DNA from: Candidatus Berkelbacteria bacterium
GTDB taxonomy: Bacteria; Patescibacteriota; UBA1384; 2-12-FULL-50-11
Length of the DNA stretch: 46,879 nt
Direction: 5' to 3'
NCBI GenBank assembly: GCA_024654065.1
Contig: JANLIQ010000017.1
Coordinates: 1-46,879 of the forward strand
The position numbers were made by a program, and so were the translations under genes. Shown here piece by piece: positions 17,768 to 26,093 of this stretch (position 1 is its first letter; each line of letters starts with the position of its first letter). A model generated the notes under the pieces. The model was not told the DNA's origin, did no database searches, and saw nothing but the letters and a program-made list of their open reading frames with translations.

Positions 17768-20701
17768 ATGAAGAATCAGTCGTTTGCCCGTGAATTTGCC
17801 AAATTAAATCCCGAGCAGAGACTAACCGTTGAAACAATTGAAGGACCGGTGATGGTTCTGGCTGGTCCCGGGACCGGCAAAACCCAGGTCGTGGCGATGC
17901 GAATCGGCCAGATTCTATCTAAAACCCACACCTCGCCTCGCAATATCCTAGCGCTAACTTTCACCGAGGCCGGTGTAACCGCTCTGCGTCAACGACTAAT
18001 CGACATTATCGGTCCCGATGCCTATCAAGTTACCGTTAGCACCTTTCACGGTTTCGCTAATGAAGTAATAGGTATATTTCCCTATGCGTTTGAACTGCCG
18101 GCCACTACCAGCAATATAGACGAATTGGAAACCTACCAGATAGTCGACAAAATTGTCCGAGTACTTCCGGGACTAGACCTACTTCGCCCGGCCCGAGTTC
18201 CTAACCACCACGTTGGTGCAATTATTGCTGCGATAAAGACTCTTAAACAAGAAGCAGTGGCTCCTGAGCAACTTCAAAAATTAGCCCTATCAGTTATAAA
18301 GACTCAACCAAAAAAAGCAACCAAAGCATCTATCGAAGCAACCAGACGACAGGCAGATATTCTCCAAGAATTGACTCTAGTTTACGGAGCATATCAGAAG
18401 TATCTGCTAGAGGAGCGGCTCTACGACTACGAAGACATGGTACTTTTTGTCAATCAGTCATTCTCTAAGTCACCAGAGATTAAGCAATACCTTCAGGAAC
18501 GCTATCAATATATTCTGGTTGACGAATACCAAGACACTAATAATGCTCAGAACGACCTAGTCGAGGCATTGGCTGATTTCTTTGAGAAACCAAATCTCTT
18601 CGTCGTCGGTGACGATAAGCAAGCCATATATCGCTTTCAGGGGGCTTCCGTGGCAAATATGCTTCATTTTGCCGCCAAGTATCCGGACATTAAAGTGATT
18701 TCTTTAAAAACGAATTACCGGAATCCCAAGCTAGTCATAGACTGTGCCACCAAGCTAATCTCAAACAATGGGCAACAACTCTCTTCGTACCTAGATATCA
18801 AGACCAATCTTATTTCGGCATCAAAGCTAGTAAGTCCACCCAGACTAATTACTTTCGCGACGCATGAAGCTCAGTATTCTGGAATAGTCGAACATTGTAA
18901 AAAACGGCTTCATAGCGGCCAAGATGCCAACCAGATAGCCGTACTATTCAGGAGCAATATTGAAGCTCAAGAATTTCGTGACGTTGCTTGGACCTTAGGA
19001 TTGTCAGTTGCGGGAGCACAATCAGCAGACTTGCTCGGCGAACCCATCATCCGAGGGCTACTAAATATCTTGCGGGCCGTTAATGAACCAACTAACAGCT
19101 ATCGAGTCCTGGCTGCTCTCCCCTACCTTGAACTAGATGTAACAGCAATTGAGATCTCCGAAGCGTTGAAGGGGCGTAAGACGAATCGTTCTTTAATTGA
19201 TGATCTAACTGCCCAACGTCGTTTACCTGGGGTTAGTAACGCTGCAAGTAGCTTGCGAGAGTTGGTTGTCAAGCAAAAATCAACCAACCTATTAGATCTT
19301 TTGCTGGTGATCGTTGGCAAGTGCGCACTGACAACAGATAAAGATAATGATCGTAAAATAGACCAGCTGGAAATTATTCACGCATTCTTAGATAAAGCCA
19401 AGCAGTTAATTTCTCGTCGACCGAGCCTTAACGTTAAGGGCTTGGTCGAGTACTTTGATTTACTACAGGAATACCATATTGCCATTTCTGTGCGTCGAGC
19501 TTCTCCCGAAATCCACGGCGTTCATGTCTCGACAGTTCACGGTGCTAAAGGACTTGAATTCGAGACAGTTGTGATGGCCAACGTTGCTGCAGATTCGTGG
19601 AAAGTCCGAGCAAGCCGATCGGTGATCAAACTACCGAGCCAGATCGCCGAGGTAAAAAAGTGGAAAGAAGACCAGCTCGAAGATGAGCGACGCTTATTTT
19701 ATGTAGGTATGACTCGTGCAAAAAAAGAACTGGTTCTGACGCTTAGCAAAACAAAAGCAGATGGCTCGGAGACTCTACCAAGCCAATTTATTACTGAGAT
19801 CGAGGACCTTCTCAAGAAGGAGAACGTTGACCTGAAAACGGAAACAACGAAAAAATTGTTAGAAGATCTGCTCCTACCTGTCTCTACGGCAACACTCACC
19901 GAGAGACAAAATCTTTACATAAAGGAGAAGATCAGTGGGTCCCCCTTCTCTTATACACATTACCGTTCGTACCTAACATGTCCGCGCCGGTATCTTTTAC
20001 GTAATGTTTTACATCTTCCTGAGCCACCTAGCTTTGCTCTTCAGTACGGCTCGGCTGTTCACAAAGCATTCGAACTCTACTTCAAGCAATACGTCCAAAC
20101 CAAAATGAAACCTGGAAAAGATTATTTAATTCAGTACTTTGTTGAAGCAATTAAACGAGAGTTAGCTGGCACAGAGTTGAAGCAGACAATTAAAAAGGGA
20201 TCGGACTTACTTGGTGGCTATTTTGAACAAAAGTCTACTAGTTGGCTCATGCCAGTTGGTGTTGAATACAGCTTTTATACACATCGCACGGAACTTGAAG
20301 GTATTTGGCTGACAGGTAAGTTTGATCGTATCGATCCAATCGACCCAATTGCTCGAACGGTTCGGGTCATAGACTACAAAACCGGTTCGAAGCCAAAAAC
20401 TCGAGGCCAAATACTGGGCACAACGAAAGACTCTGATGGTGAGGTGAAACAGCAGTTAGTCTTCTATGCCTTACTTGCCAAACACGACCAGATCTTCCCC
20501 TTCAACGTTAGAGAATTTGTCATCAGTTCGGTTGACGATGCTGGCAAATTTACTGACGAAGCTTTTACGATCAGTCCTGAGGATATCTTGGTGCTAGAAA
20601 AAAGTATAATCGCCACCTATCAGGAGATCCTTGCGCGAAAAGACTTCCCTCACCTTGGAGGGTCCTACGAGCGTGGCTGCGAACTATGTGCTCTGTTTTA
20701 G
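17768..20701 (+). CDS. UvrD/PcrA-type SF1 helicase fused to a C-terminal PD-(D/E)XK (RecB/AddB-like) nuclease
   Basis: Helicase motifs are AGPGTGKT, DEYQDTN and VHGAKGLEF. The nuclease segment is GKFDRIDPID..VRVIDYKTG. Cys residues flank the nuclease (LTCPRRY, GCELC). Confidence 0.85.
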   Translation: MKNQSFAREFAKLNPEQRLTVETIEGPVMVLAGPGTGKTQVVAMRIGQILSKTHTSPRNILALTFTEAGVTALRQRLIDIIGPDAYQVTVSTFHGFANEVIGIFPYAFELPATTSNIDELETYQIVDKIVRVLPGLDLLRPARVPNHHVGAIIAAIKTLKQEAVAPEQLQKLALSVIKTQPKKATKASIEATRRQADILQELTLVYGAYQKYLLEERLYDYEDMVLFVNQSFSKSPEIKQYLQERYQYILVDEYQDTNNAQNDLVEALADFFEKPNLFVVGDDKQAIYRFQGASVANMLHFAAKYPDIKVISLKTNYRNPKLVIDCATKLISNNGQQLSSYLDIKTNLISASKLVSPPRLITFATHEAQYSGIVEHCKKRLHSGQDANQIAVLFRSNIEAQEFRDVAWTLGLSVAGAQSADLLGEPIIRGLLNILRAVNEPTNSYRVLAALPYLELDVTAIEISEALKGRKTNRSLIDDLTAQRRLPGVSNAASSLRELVVKQKSTNLLDLLLVIVGKCALTTDKDNDRKIDQLEIIHAFLDKAKQLISRRPSLNVKGLVEYFDLLQEYHIAISVRRASPEIHGVHVSTVHGAKGLEFETVVMANVAADSWKVRASRSVIKLPSQIAEVKKWKEDQLEDERRLFYVGMTRAKKELVLTLSKTKADGSETLPSQFITEIEDLLKKENVDLKTETTKKLLEDLLLPVSTATLTERQNLYIKEKISGSPFSYTHYRSYLTCPRRYLLRNVLHLPEPPSFALQYGSAVHKAFELYFKQYVQTKMKPGKDYLIQYFVEAIKRELAGTELKQTIKKGSDLLGGYFEQKSTSWLMPVGVEYSFYTHRTELEGIWLTGKFDRIDPIDPIARTVRVIDYKTGSKPKTRGQILGTTKDSDGEVKQQLVFYALLAKHDQIFPFNVREFVISSVDDAGKFTDEAFTISPEDILVLEKSIIATYQEILARKDFPHLGGSYERGCELCALF

Positions 20702-20979
20702 CTAAGGGCTTGGTTGAGTGCGTTCACTAATGTAATTTTGCTTTGGGCACCAACAAAAGAGTTAACCACCTGGCCTTTTTTCTCGATTATATAAGTGGGC
20801 ATAGCACCAATTTGATACTTTTCTACCATCGCCTGACTATTAGGCTCGTCAACATTTATTTTGACTAACTTAACCTTACCGGCAAAGCTTTTTTCAATCT
20901 CCTCGACGATTGGGTGCATAACCTTACAGGGTCCGCACCAAGCTGCCCAAAAATCAAAAAGAGTAACAGATTCACGCAT
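20698..20979 (-). CDS. trxA: thioredoxin
   Basis: WCGPC active site. 93 aa. Its stop codon overlaps the convergent helicase stop. Confidence 0.9.
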   Translation of the reverse strand: MRESVTLFDFWAAWCGPCKVMHPIVEEIEKSFAGKVKLVKINVDEPNSQAMVEKYQIGAMPTYIIEKKGQVVNSFVGAQSKITLVNALNQALS

Positions 20980-20996
20980 AAAAATCTCCTCCTAGT

Positions 20997-21548
20997 TTAG
21001 CTACCAGACTTAAGAAACCAGCTTGCGAGTGTCTTGTCAAATCGTTGCCAAGAAAGGCTCTTTTCGGCCAATGAGTAAATGCCAAATATCCCAAGACTAT
21101 AGCCCAGGTCGCCGATTAACATATTTCGTAAAAACGGTAAGCCCATAACGTACGACTCAACCAATCCAGTAATAGTTGGCGGGTAGATACGGCCATCCAA
21201 CCATACGGCGAAGTTAGTTACGAAGAAAAATATTAGAGCGTTAGCGCTAGCTAACAAGACAAGCTTCTTGACGCTAATGGATTGCTTAAGAAACTTTTCT
21301 GACAGCCAAACGCTCAGCATGAAACAGCCGTAAACATAAGGCATTAACCCGTGGAACCCTAGAGAAAGATCCGTTGCAAAAAGAATCAGTAGAGGGACTA
21401 AGTAATTCCACGGACGAGCTAACTTGGCACCACCAAACATTGCTGTAGCACCTAAGGGAGTCATGTTGGCCGGATGTGGTAGCAGGCGCACTGCTACGGA
21501 GCCGATGCTGATTGCTAAAGCAGTGGGTTTTTTGAAAAGTTGTTGCAT
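20997..21548 (-). CDS. solitary ECF-type S-component-like membrane protein (BtuM/DUF6580-like), candidate cobalamin transporter
   Basis: Six predicted TM segments. Carries the RLLPHPANMTPLGA signature and a conserved-looking Cys in YVYGCF. Context is a PduO adenosyltransferase and a B12-dependent RNR. Confidence 0.5.
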   Translation of the reverse strand: MQQLFKKPTALAISIGSVAVRLLPHPANMTPLGATAMFGGAKLARPWNYLVPLLILFATDLSLGFHGLMPYVYGCFMLSVWLSEKFLKQSISVKKLVLLASANALIFFFVTNFAVWLDGRIYPPTITGLVESYVMGLPFLRNMLIGDLGYSLGIFGIYSLAEKSLSWQRFDKTLASWFLKSGS

Positions 21549-21574
21549 CGGTCAATCTAAAATACCGTAAGCTG

Positions 21575-21736
21575 ACGCAAAAAGAAAGAGTCCTTCTTCG
21601 GCAGACGCTTGAGACGGGCTTAGGAGGATGGGGTTAAAGTCGTTGACACAGTGGTATCGAAAGAGATGGGAGGGGGCACACCCTTTCGACACCGCCGCAC
21701 CAAAGACTTAGCTACTAAGCTATCTCCAAATTGTTG
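21575..21736 (-). promoter_or_regulatory. structured 5' leader, possible divergent cobalamin riboswitch
   Basis: Minus strand carries ACCACUGUGU (compare GCCACUGU) and a B12-box-like AAGCCCG..GUCUGCC (reverse complement of 21601-21622). The canonical GGGAA/GGUG..AA..UCC core is not evident. Confidence 0.35.
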
Positions 21737-21742
21737 GAATCA

Positions 21743-21771
21743 ATATAGCATTTGCTACTAACCAAGTCAAG
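21743..21771 (-). promoter_or_regulatory. sigma70-like promoter TTGACT-17-TATATT
   Basis: The -35 box is the reverse complement of 21766-21771 and the -10 box is the reverse complement of 21743-21748. It lies ~190 nt upstream of the S-component ATG. Confidence 0.6.
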
Positions 21772-21782
21772 AGATATTATCG

Positions 21783-22328
21783 CTAGTTTTTCCAAATAAT
21801 ATCGGGTTTGTTAGAGCGCATATTTAGGTAGCGACTAGCTTGAAAGAAGTAGTCAGATAAACGATTAAGAAATACTGAGATATTTTCTAGTCCTTTTGTG
21901 TTGTCGAGACGATGGAAGGCTCTTTCAGCTTGTCGAACGCTTACTCGGGCCAGATGGATGATAGCTGAGGCTTGGCAGCCACCAGGTAAAATAAAGTTTT
22001 TTAGTTCAGGAAGTTCTCTGTCCCACTGGTCAATCTGGCTCTCTAGTTCTACCGTCTTTTTGCCCAGGGCTGACAAACGTGGATCCTTGGCTGGCTTTTC
22101 AGAAGCAATAGTAGATCCCACTACTAATAAATCGTTCTGAAGACTTTCTAGAAATGTGACGAGTTTCCTTTCCTTTAGTTGATCTACTAAACTAACAGCC
22201 AAGCCGATAAGAGCGTTGGTTTGATCAAGGGCGCCTAGACACTCGAAAATACCGTCAGTTTTAGGGAGTCTCCTCTTTCCGGGTAGTCCGGTTTCTCCCT
22301 TATCCCCCTTTTTTGTGTAGATCGGCAT
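21783..22328 (-). CDS. PduO-type ATP:cob(I)alamin adenosyltransferase
   Basis: N-terminus MPIYTKKGDKGETGL is typical of PduO/MMAB. 181 aa. Confidence 0.85.
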   Translation of the reverse strand: MPIYTKKGDKGETGLPGKRRLPKTDGIFECLGALDQTNALIGLAVSLVDQLKERKLVTFLESLQNDLLVVGSTIASEKPAKDPRLSALGKKTVELESQIDQWDRELPELKNFILPGGCQASAIIHLARVSVRQAERAFHRLDNTKGLENISVFLNRLSDYFFQASRYLNMRSNKPDIIWKN

Positions 22329-22331
22329 TAT

Positions 22332-22786
22332 TCATGACTCCATTGTTCGAGGAGGATCACCAGCGCTAAAATCGCTAAACCTCCACCAAACCGGTTCAAA
22401 AACTAAATACGCTGCTTCTTCACCGCGATATTGTTTTGCTTCAGGATTTTTTGAGTAGTAATTCTTTTGGAATTCCTCGTCCTCATCTTCTCGCAGTAAT
22501 CGAAGAACGCCATCCATCTGCAAAGTTTTCCACTCTTCTTCACTAAAACCGACAGTGAAGGAGGCTTTCACTACATTTTTTTGCTTACAGCTCCAAATTT
22601 CTTAGTCTCTTTACCTACTTGGAAAAATAATCTTTTACAATCTACGTCACATGAGAAGTGGACGGCAGACGTATGTGGCGTTCCGTCTTCAAGAGCCACT
22701 GCTAAACAACCAACTCGTTGGTTATTTAGGAAGTCTTTAACTTCTTTTTCCATCCGTCTAGCTACAACCTCCGGTGGTTGAGCCAC
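22332..22786 (-). pseudogene. pyridoxamine-5'-phosphate-oxidase-like (FMN-binding split-barrel) gene interrupted by a frameshift
   Basis: Two abutting ORFs (22571..22786 and 22332..22571) form the two halves of one ~150-aa domain. Adding one A to the A7 run (plus-strand T7 at 22576-22582) restores a single frame. Confidence 0.6.
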
Positions 22787-25700
22787 AGCTCATACAGGTG
22801 TAACAAGTCCCGGTCTTGAAGGTGATAGAGCCGCAAACAGGGCACGGAGGTGAGTCGATCTGTGCTTGGGTGTTGGGTGAGCTAACTTGCTTCTCTTCTG
22901 CTTCGGTCGGTGTCAGTTGTGGCGATGCTTGGTCGTCGATCTGACTACCGTTGTTGACGATAGGCTGTTCCACTACTGGCTCGTTGAAGTCGATCTGAGT
23001 TTGGAGACTGGAGGCATCAGCATCAGCCCGAATCCCTAGCTCTGCTTGATCGGTTGGGCTGAGGAACTTAATGCCTAGGTAGCGAGCGATGTAGTCGATA
23101 ATAGATTTAGCAATCCGAATTTGAGGGTTAGTTGTAAAGCCGTAAGGTTCAAACCTACTATTAGCAAACTGTCGAACCACCATTGTTAGAGGAACGCCGT
23201 ATTGGAGACCGATTGAAACTGACTTAGCAAATGCATCCATTAGACCAGAGATTGTACTACCTTGTTTGGCCATCGTTACAAAGATCTCTCCTGCCCCACC
23301 GTCCTCGTACAGGCCAACAGTAATGAAGCCCTTGTGTCCCGCGATCTGGAACTTATGAGTAATTGAACGGCGCTCATCGGGTAGGCGTCGTCGTTTCGGC
23401 GCGTAGACAACTTTTTCAACAACCTTTTCAACCACTTCAGTCTTGCCTTCAGTCTCGTCCTTTTTGGTATTAAGCGGTTGAGACAACTTTGAACCGTCCC
23501 GATACAGGGCTAAGGCTTTCAGCCCAAGCTTCCAAGACTCAGAATAAACTTCCTCAACATCTTGGAGGGTAGCCTCGTTTGGTAGGTTAATAGTTTTAGA
23601 TATTGCACCAGAAATGAACGGCTGAACAGCAGCCATCATCCGCACGTGAGCAAGTGGCTCAATGAAGCGCGTGCCGGTTGCCCCACAGCGATTAGCACAA
23701 TCAAAAACTGGTAAGTGTTCAGTCTTTAGATGTGGTGCACCTTCTACAGTTTGAGTGCCACAGATTACTAGATTGCTCTCAGCTATCTCGTCGGAGGTAA
23801 AGCCTAAACGACCGAGCAGTGAGAAGCTTGGTTGTTTTTCTTCGTCCGTGCTAATTCCAAGACGAGTAAAAATATCATCTCCAAGCACCATACGGTTGAA
23901 AGAGAAGCTAATATCAAAAGCGGCAAGAAGGGTTTTTTCAACTGCATCGATCTCGGAACTAGTTAGTCCTTTGCTGGCTAGACTAGAACGGTTTATCGGA
24001 GTTGTTTCGATAAATCTACCCACTCCTAGAGCGTAATCTATGATTTCCTGTTGTTGATCTTGGGTGTATCCAAGATTTTGAAGAGCCTGCTTGACAGCGT
24101 TATTAACGATCTTCATAGATCCCCCACCAGCCAACTTTTTAAACTTGACCAAGGCAAAGTCTGGCTCGATACCTGTCGTGTCACAGTCGAGTAGAAGCCC
24201 AATTGTGCCAGTCGGGGCAATTACACTCGCCTGACTGTTACGGTAGCCAAATTGCTCTCCTAGAGCAACTGCTTCGTCCCAATCCTGTCTGGCGGCAACA
24301 AGTAAATTATTTGGACAGAGGGTCTCGTTAATAGCATAAGCGGCTTGACGATGCATTTTCATAACATTAAGCATCGGGGCTCTGTTTTTGGTAAATCCTT
24401 CAAAAGCGCCTTTGACAGCTGCCATCTCAGCAGAGGTCTTGTAGGCGTGTCCAGTCATGATAGCACTGAGCGCTCCTGCGGTGGCAAGGGCTTCTGGTGA
24501 GTCATAAGGAACGCCCTTAAGCATCAGCATTGTGCCGAGGTTAGCGTAGCCTAGCCCTAGCGGTCGGTAATCGTGACTATTCTTAGTGATAGCTTCGGTT
24601 GGGTAGCTAGAGAGATCTACCTCAATCTCCTGAGCGATAAACATAATCTTACAGGCGTGTCGGTAACCCTCGACATCGAAGTTTCCTTTATCGTCAGTAA
24701 ACTTAACAAGGTTTATCGAAGCCAGATTACACGAGGTCGAATCTAGGAACATAAATTCACTACACGGATTTGAAGCGTTGATTCTGTCGGTGTTAGGGCA
24801 GGTATGCCACTTATTAATAGTAGTGTCGAACTGTACTCCTGGATCCGCGCACTGCCAGGCAGCCTTAGCTACCTGATCCATTAAATCTCGAGCTTTGTAT
24901 GTTTTGTGTGGCTCGCCGTTACCAACATAACGAGTTGTCCACTCACCGTCGGCCGTAACTGCTTCCATAAACTCATCTGTAATACGAACTGAGTTATTAG
25001 AGTTCTGACCAGAAACCGTGTGGTAGGCCTCTCCGTTGAAGTCGGCCGAGTAACCGGCCTCAATCAACGCTAAGACCTTCTTTTCTTCTTTTACCTTCCA
25101 ATTAATGAAGTCCTCTATCTCTGGGTGCGACATGTCCACAACAACCATTTTTGCGGCCCGGCGAGTTGTCCCCCCAGATTTAACGGAGTCAGCAGCACGA
25201 TCGAACACTTTCAAGAAGCTCATCATGCCACTAGAAGTACCACCGCCACTTAAGCGCTCGTACTTACTGCGTAATCGGGAGTAGTTGGCACCCGTACCAG
25301 AACCAAACTTAAAGACCCGAGACTCAGTCTTTAAAAGATTAAAGATTCCGTCGAGCGAATCTTCTACCGAAAGAATAAAACAAGCTGAACACTGAGGGTT
25401 ACGGTAGGAATCTTTGGTCTCTATGACCTTTTCTTGCTGGAAGTCCCAGTAAAAACTACCACCAGAACCAGCGATCTTATACTGGTGATACAAACCACAG
25501 TTAAACCAAACCGGAGAGTTAAAAGCAGCTTTTTGGTTTACCAGGATATGGGTTAAGTCTTCTTCGAAGTTAACTCTATCTTCAGGAGTGGCAAAATAAC
25601 CAAATTTCTCGCCGAAATCAGCGATGGTGTGAGCAATACGATAGACCGCCTGTTTTAACGAAACCTCTCTCCCCTCCTTGGTTGGGACGCCAGCTTTACG

Positions 25701-25985
25701 GAGATATTTATAAGCTAAAATATCCGTTGCTAGTTGAGTCCAGGTTGTCGGAACTTCTACATCAGTAATTTGAGAAATGACGTTGCCTTTTTCATCACTA
25801 ATAGTCGTTGTTCGTTTATCCCATTGGACGGTATCAAAAACATTCTCTCCAGGCTTGGTAAAACGGCGAGAAACCTTAAGACCAAGTTTCTTTCCAACGT
25901 TATCTTTTTCGGGTAGTTCGGCAGAAATTTCAACTGGTTTCAGAGCAATTTCACTTAATCTTTCGTTTTTTTCTTTTTTTGCCAT
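22758..25985 (-). CDS. nrdJ: class II (adenosylcobalamin-dependent) ribonucleotide reductase
   Basis: 1075 aa. Active-site motif is SNPCSEF. The C-terminal Cys-rich tail is CPVCGS..CYTCMSCGSTTGGCS. A strong SD (AAGGAGGG) precedes the ATG. Confidence 0.9.
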   Translation of the reverse strand: MAKKEKNERLSEIALKPVEISAELPEKDNVGKKLGLKVSRRFTKPGENVFDTVQWDKRTTTISDEKGNVISQITDVEVPTTWTQLATDILAYKYLRKAGVPTKEGREVSLKQAVYRIAHTIADFGEKFGYFATPEDRVNFEEDLTHILVNQKAAFNSPVWFNCGLYHQYKIAGSGGSFYWDFQQEKVIETKDSYRNPQCSACFILSVEDSLDGIFNLLKTESRVFKFGSGTGANYSRLRSKYERLSGGGTSSGMMSFLKVFDRAADSVKSGGTTRRAAKMVVVDMSHPEIEDFINWKVKEEKKVLALIEAGYSADFNGEAYHTVSGQNSNNSVRITDEFMEAVTADGEWTTRYVGNGEPHKTYKARDLMDQVAKAAWQCADPGVQFDTTINKWHTCPNTDRINASNPCSEFMFLDSTSCNLASINLVKFTDDKGNFDVEGYRHACKIMFIAQEIEVDLSSYPTEAITKNSHDYRPLGLGYANLGTMLMLKGVPYDSPEALATAGALSAIMTGHAYKTSAEMAAVKGAFEGFTKNRAPMLNVMKMHRQAAYAINETLCPNNLLVAARQDWDEAVALGEQFGYRNSQASVIAPTGTIGLLLDCDTTGIEPDFALVKFKKLAGGGSMKIVNNAVKQALQNLGYTQDQQQEIIDYALGVGRFIETTPINRSSLASKGLTSSEIDAVEKTLLAAFDISFSFNRMVLGDDIFTRLGISTDEEKQPSFSLLGRLGFTSDEIAESNLVICGTQTVEGAPHLKTEHLPVFDCANRCGATGTRFIEPLAHVRMMAAVQPFISGAISKTINLPNEATLQDVEEVYSESWKLGLKALALYRDGSKLSQPLNTKKDETEGKTEVVEKVVEKVVYAPKRRRLPDERRSITHKFQIAGHKGFITVGLYEDGGAGEIFVTMAKQGSTISGLMDAFAKSVSIGLQYGVPLTMVVRQFANSRFEPYGFTTNPQIRIAKSIIDYIARYLGIKFLSPTDQAELGIRADADASSLQTQIDFNEPVVEQPIVNNGSQIDDQASPQLTPTEAEEKQVSSPNTQAQIDSPPCPVCGSITFKTGTCYTCMSCGSTTGGCS

Positions 25986-26062
25986 TACTTACCCTCCTTT
26001 AATTTTTAGACGTAGGAAACTACCGTACCACGGTCTCACCTTGTCTTGTCAAGAGCATATTT

Positions 26063-26092
26063 TACGGGAATTGTACGGGAAAGTTACGGTAG
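26063..26092 (+). repeat. three direct TACGG(G/T)A repeats at exact 11-bp spacing
   Basis: TACGGGAA at 26063, TACGGGAA at 26074 and TACGGTAG at 26085. An inverted copy CTACCGTA lies at 26021-26028. Confidence 0.7.
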
Positions 26093-26093
26093 G

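Noticed and set aside
21601-21782. tmRNA 5' end on the plus strand (GGGGGCACACCCUUUCGACACCG).
   Set aside because: A ~350-nt tmRNA would run through the adenosyltransferase CDS, and no 3' tRNA-like end follows. The similarity is treated as coincidental within the minus-strand leader.
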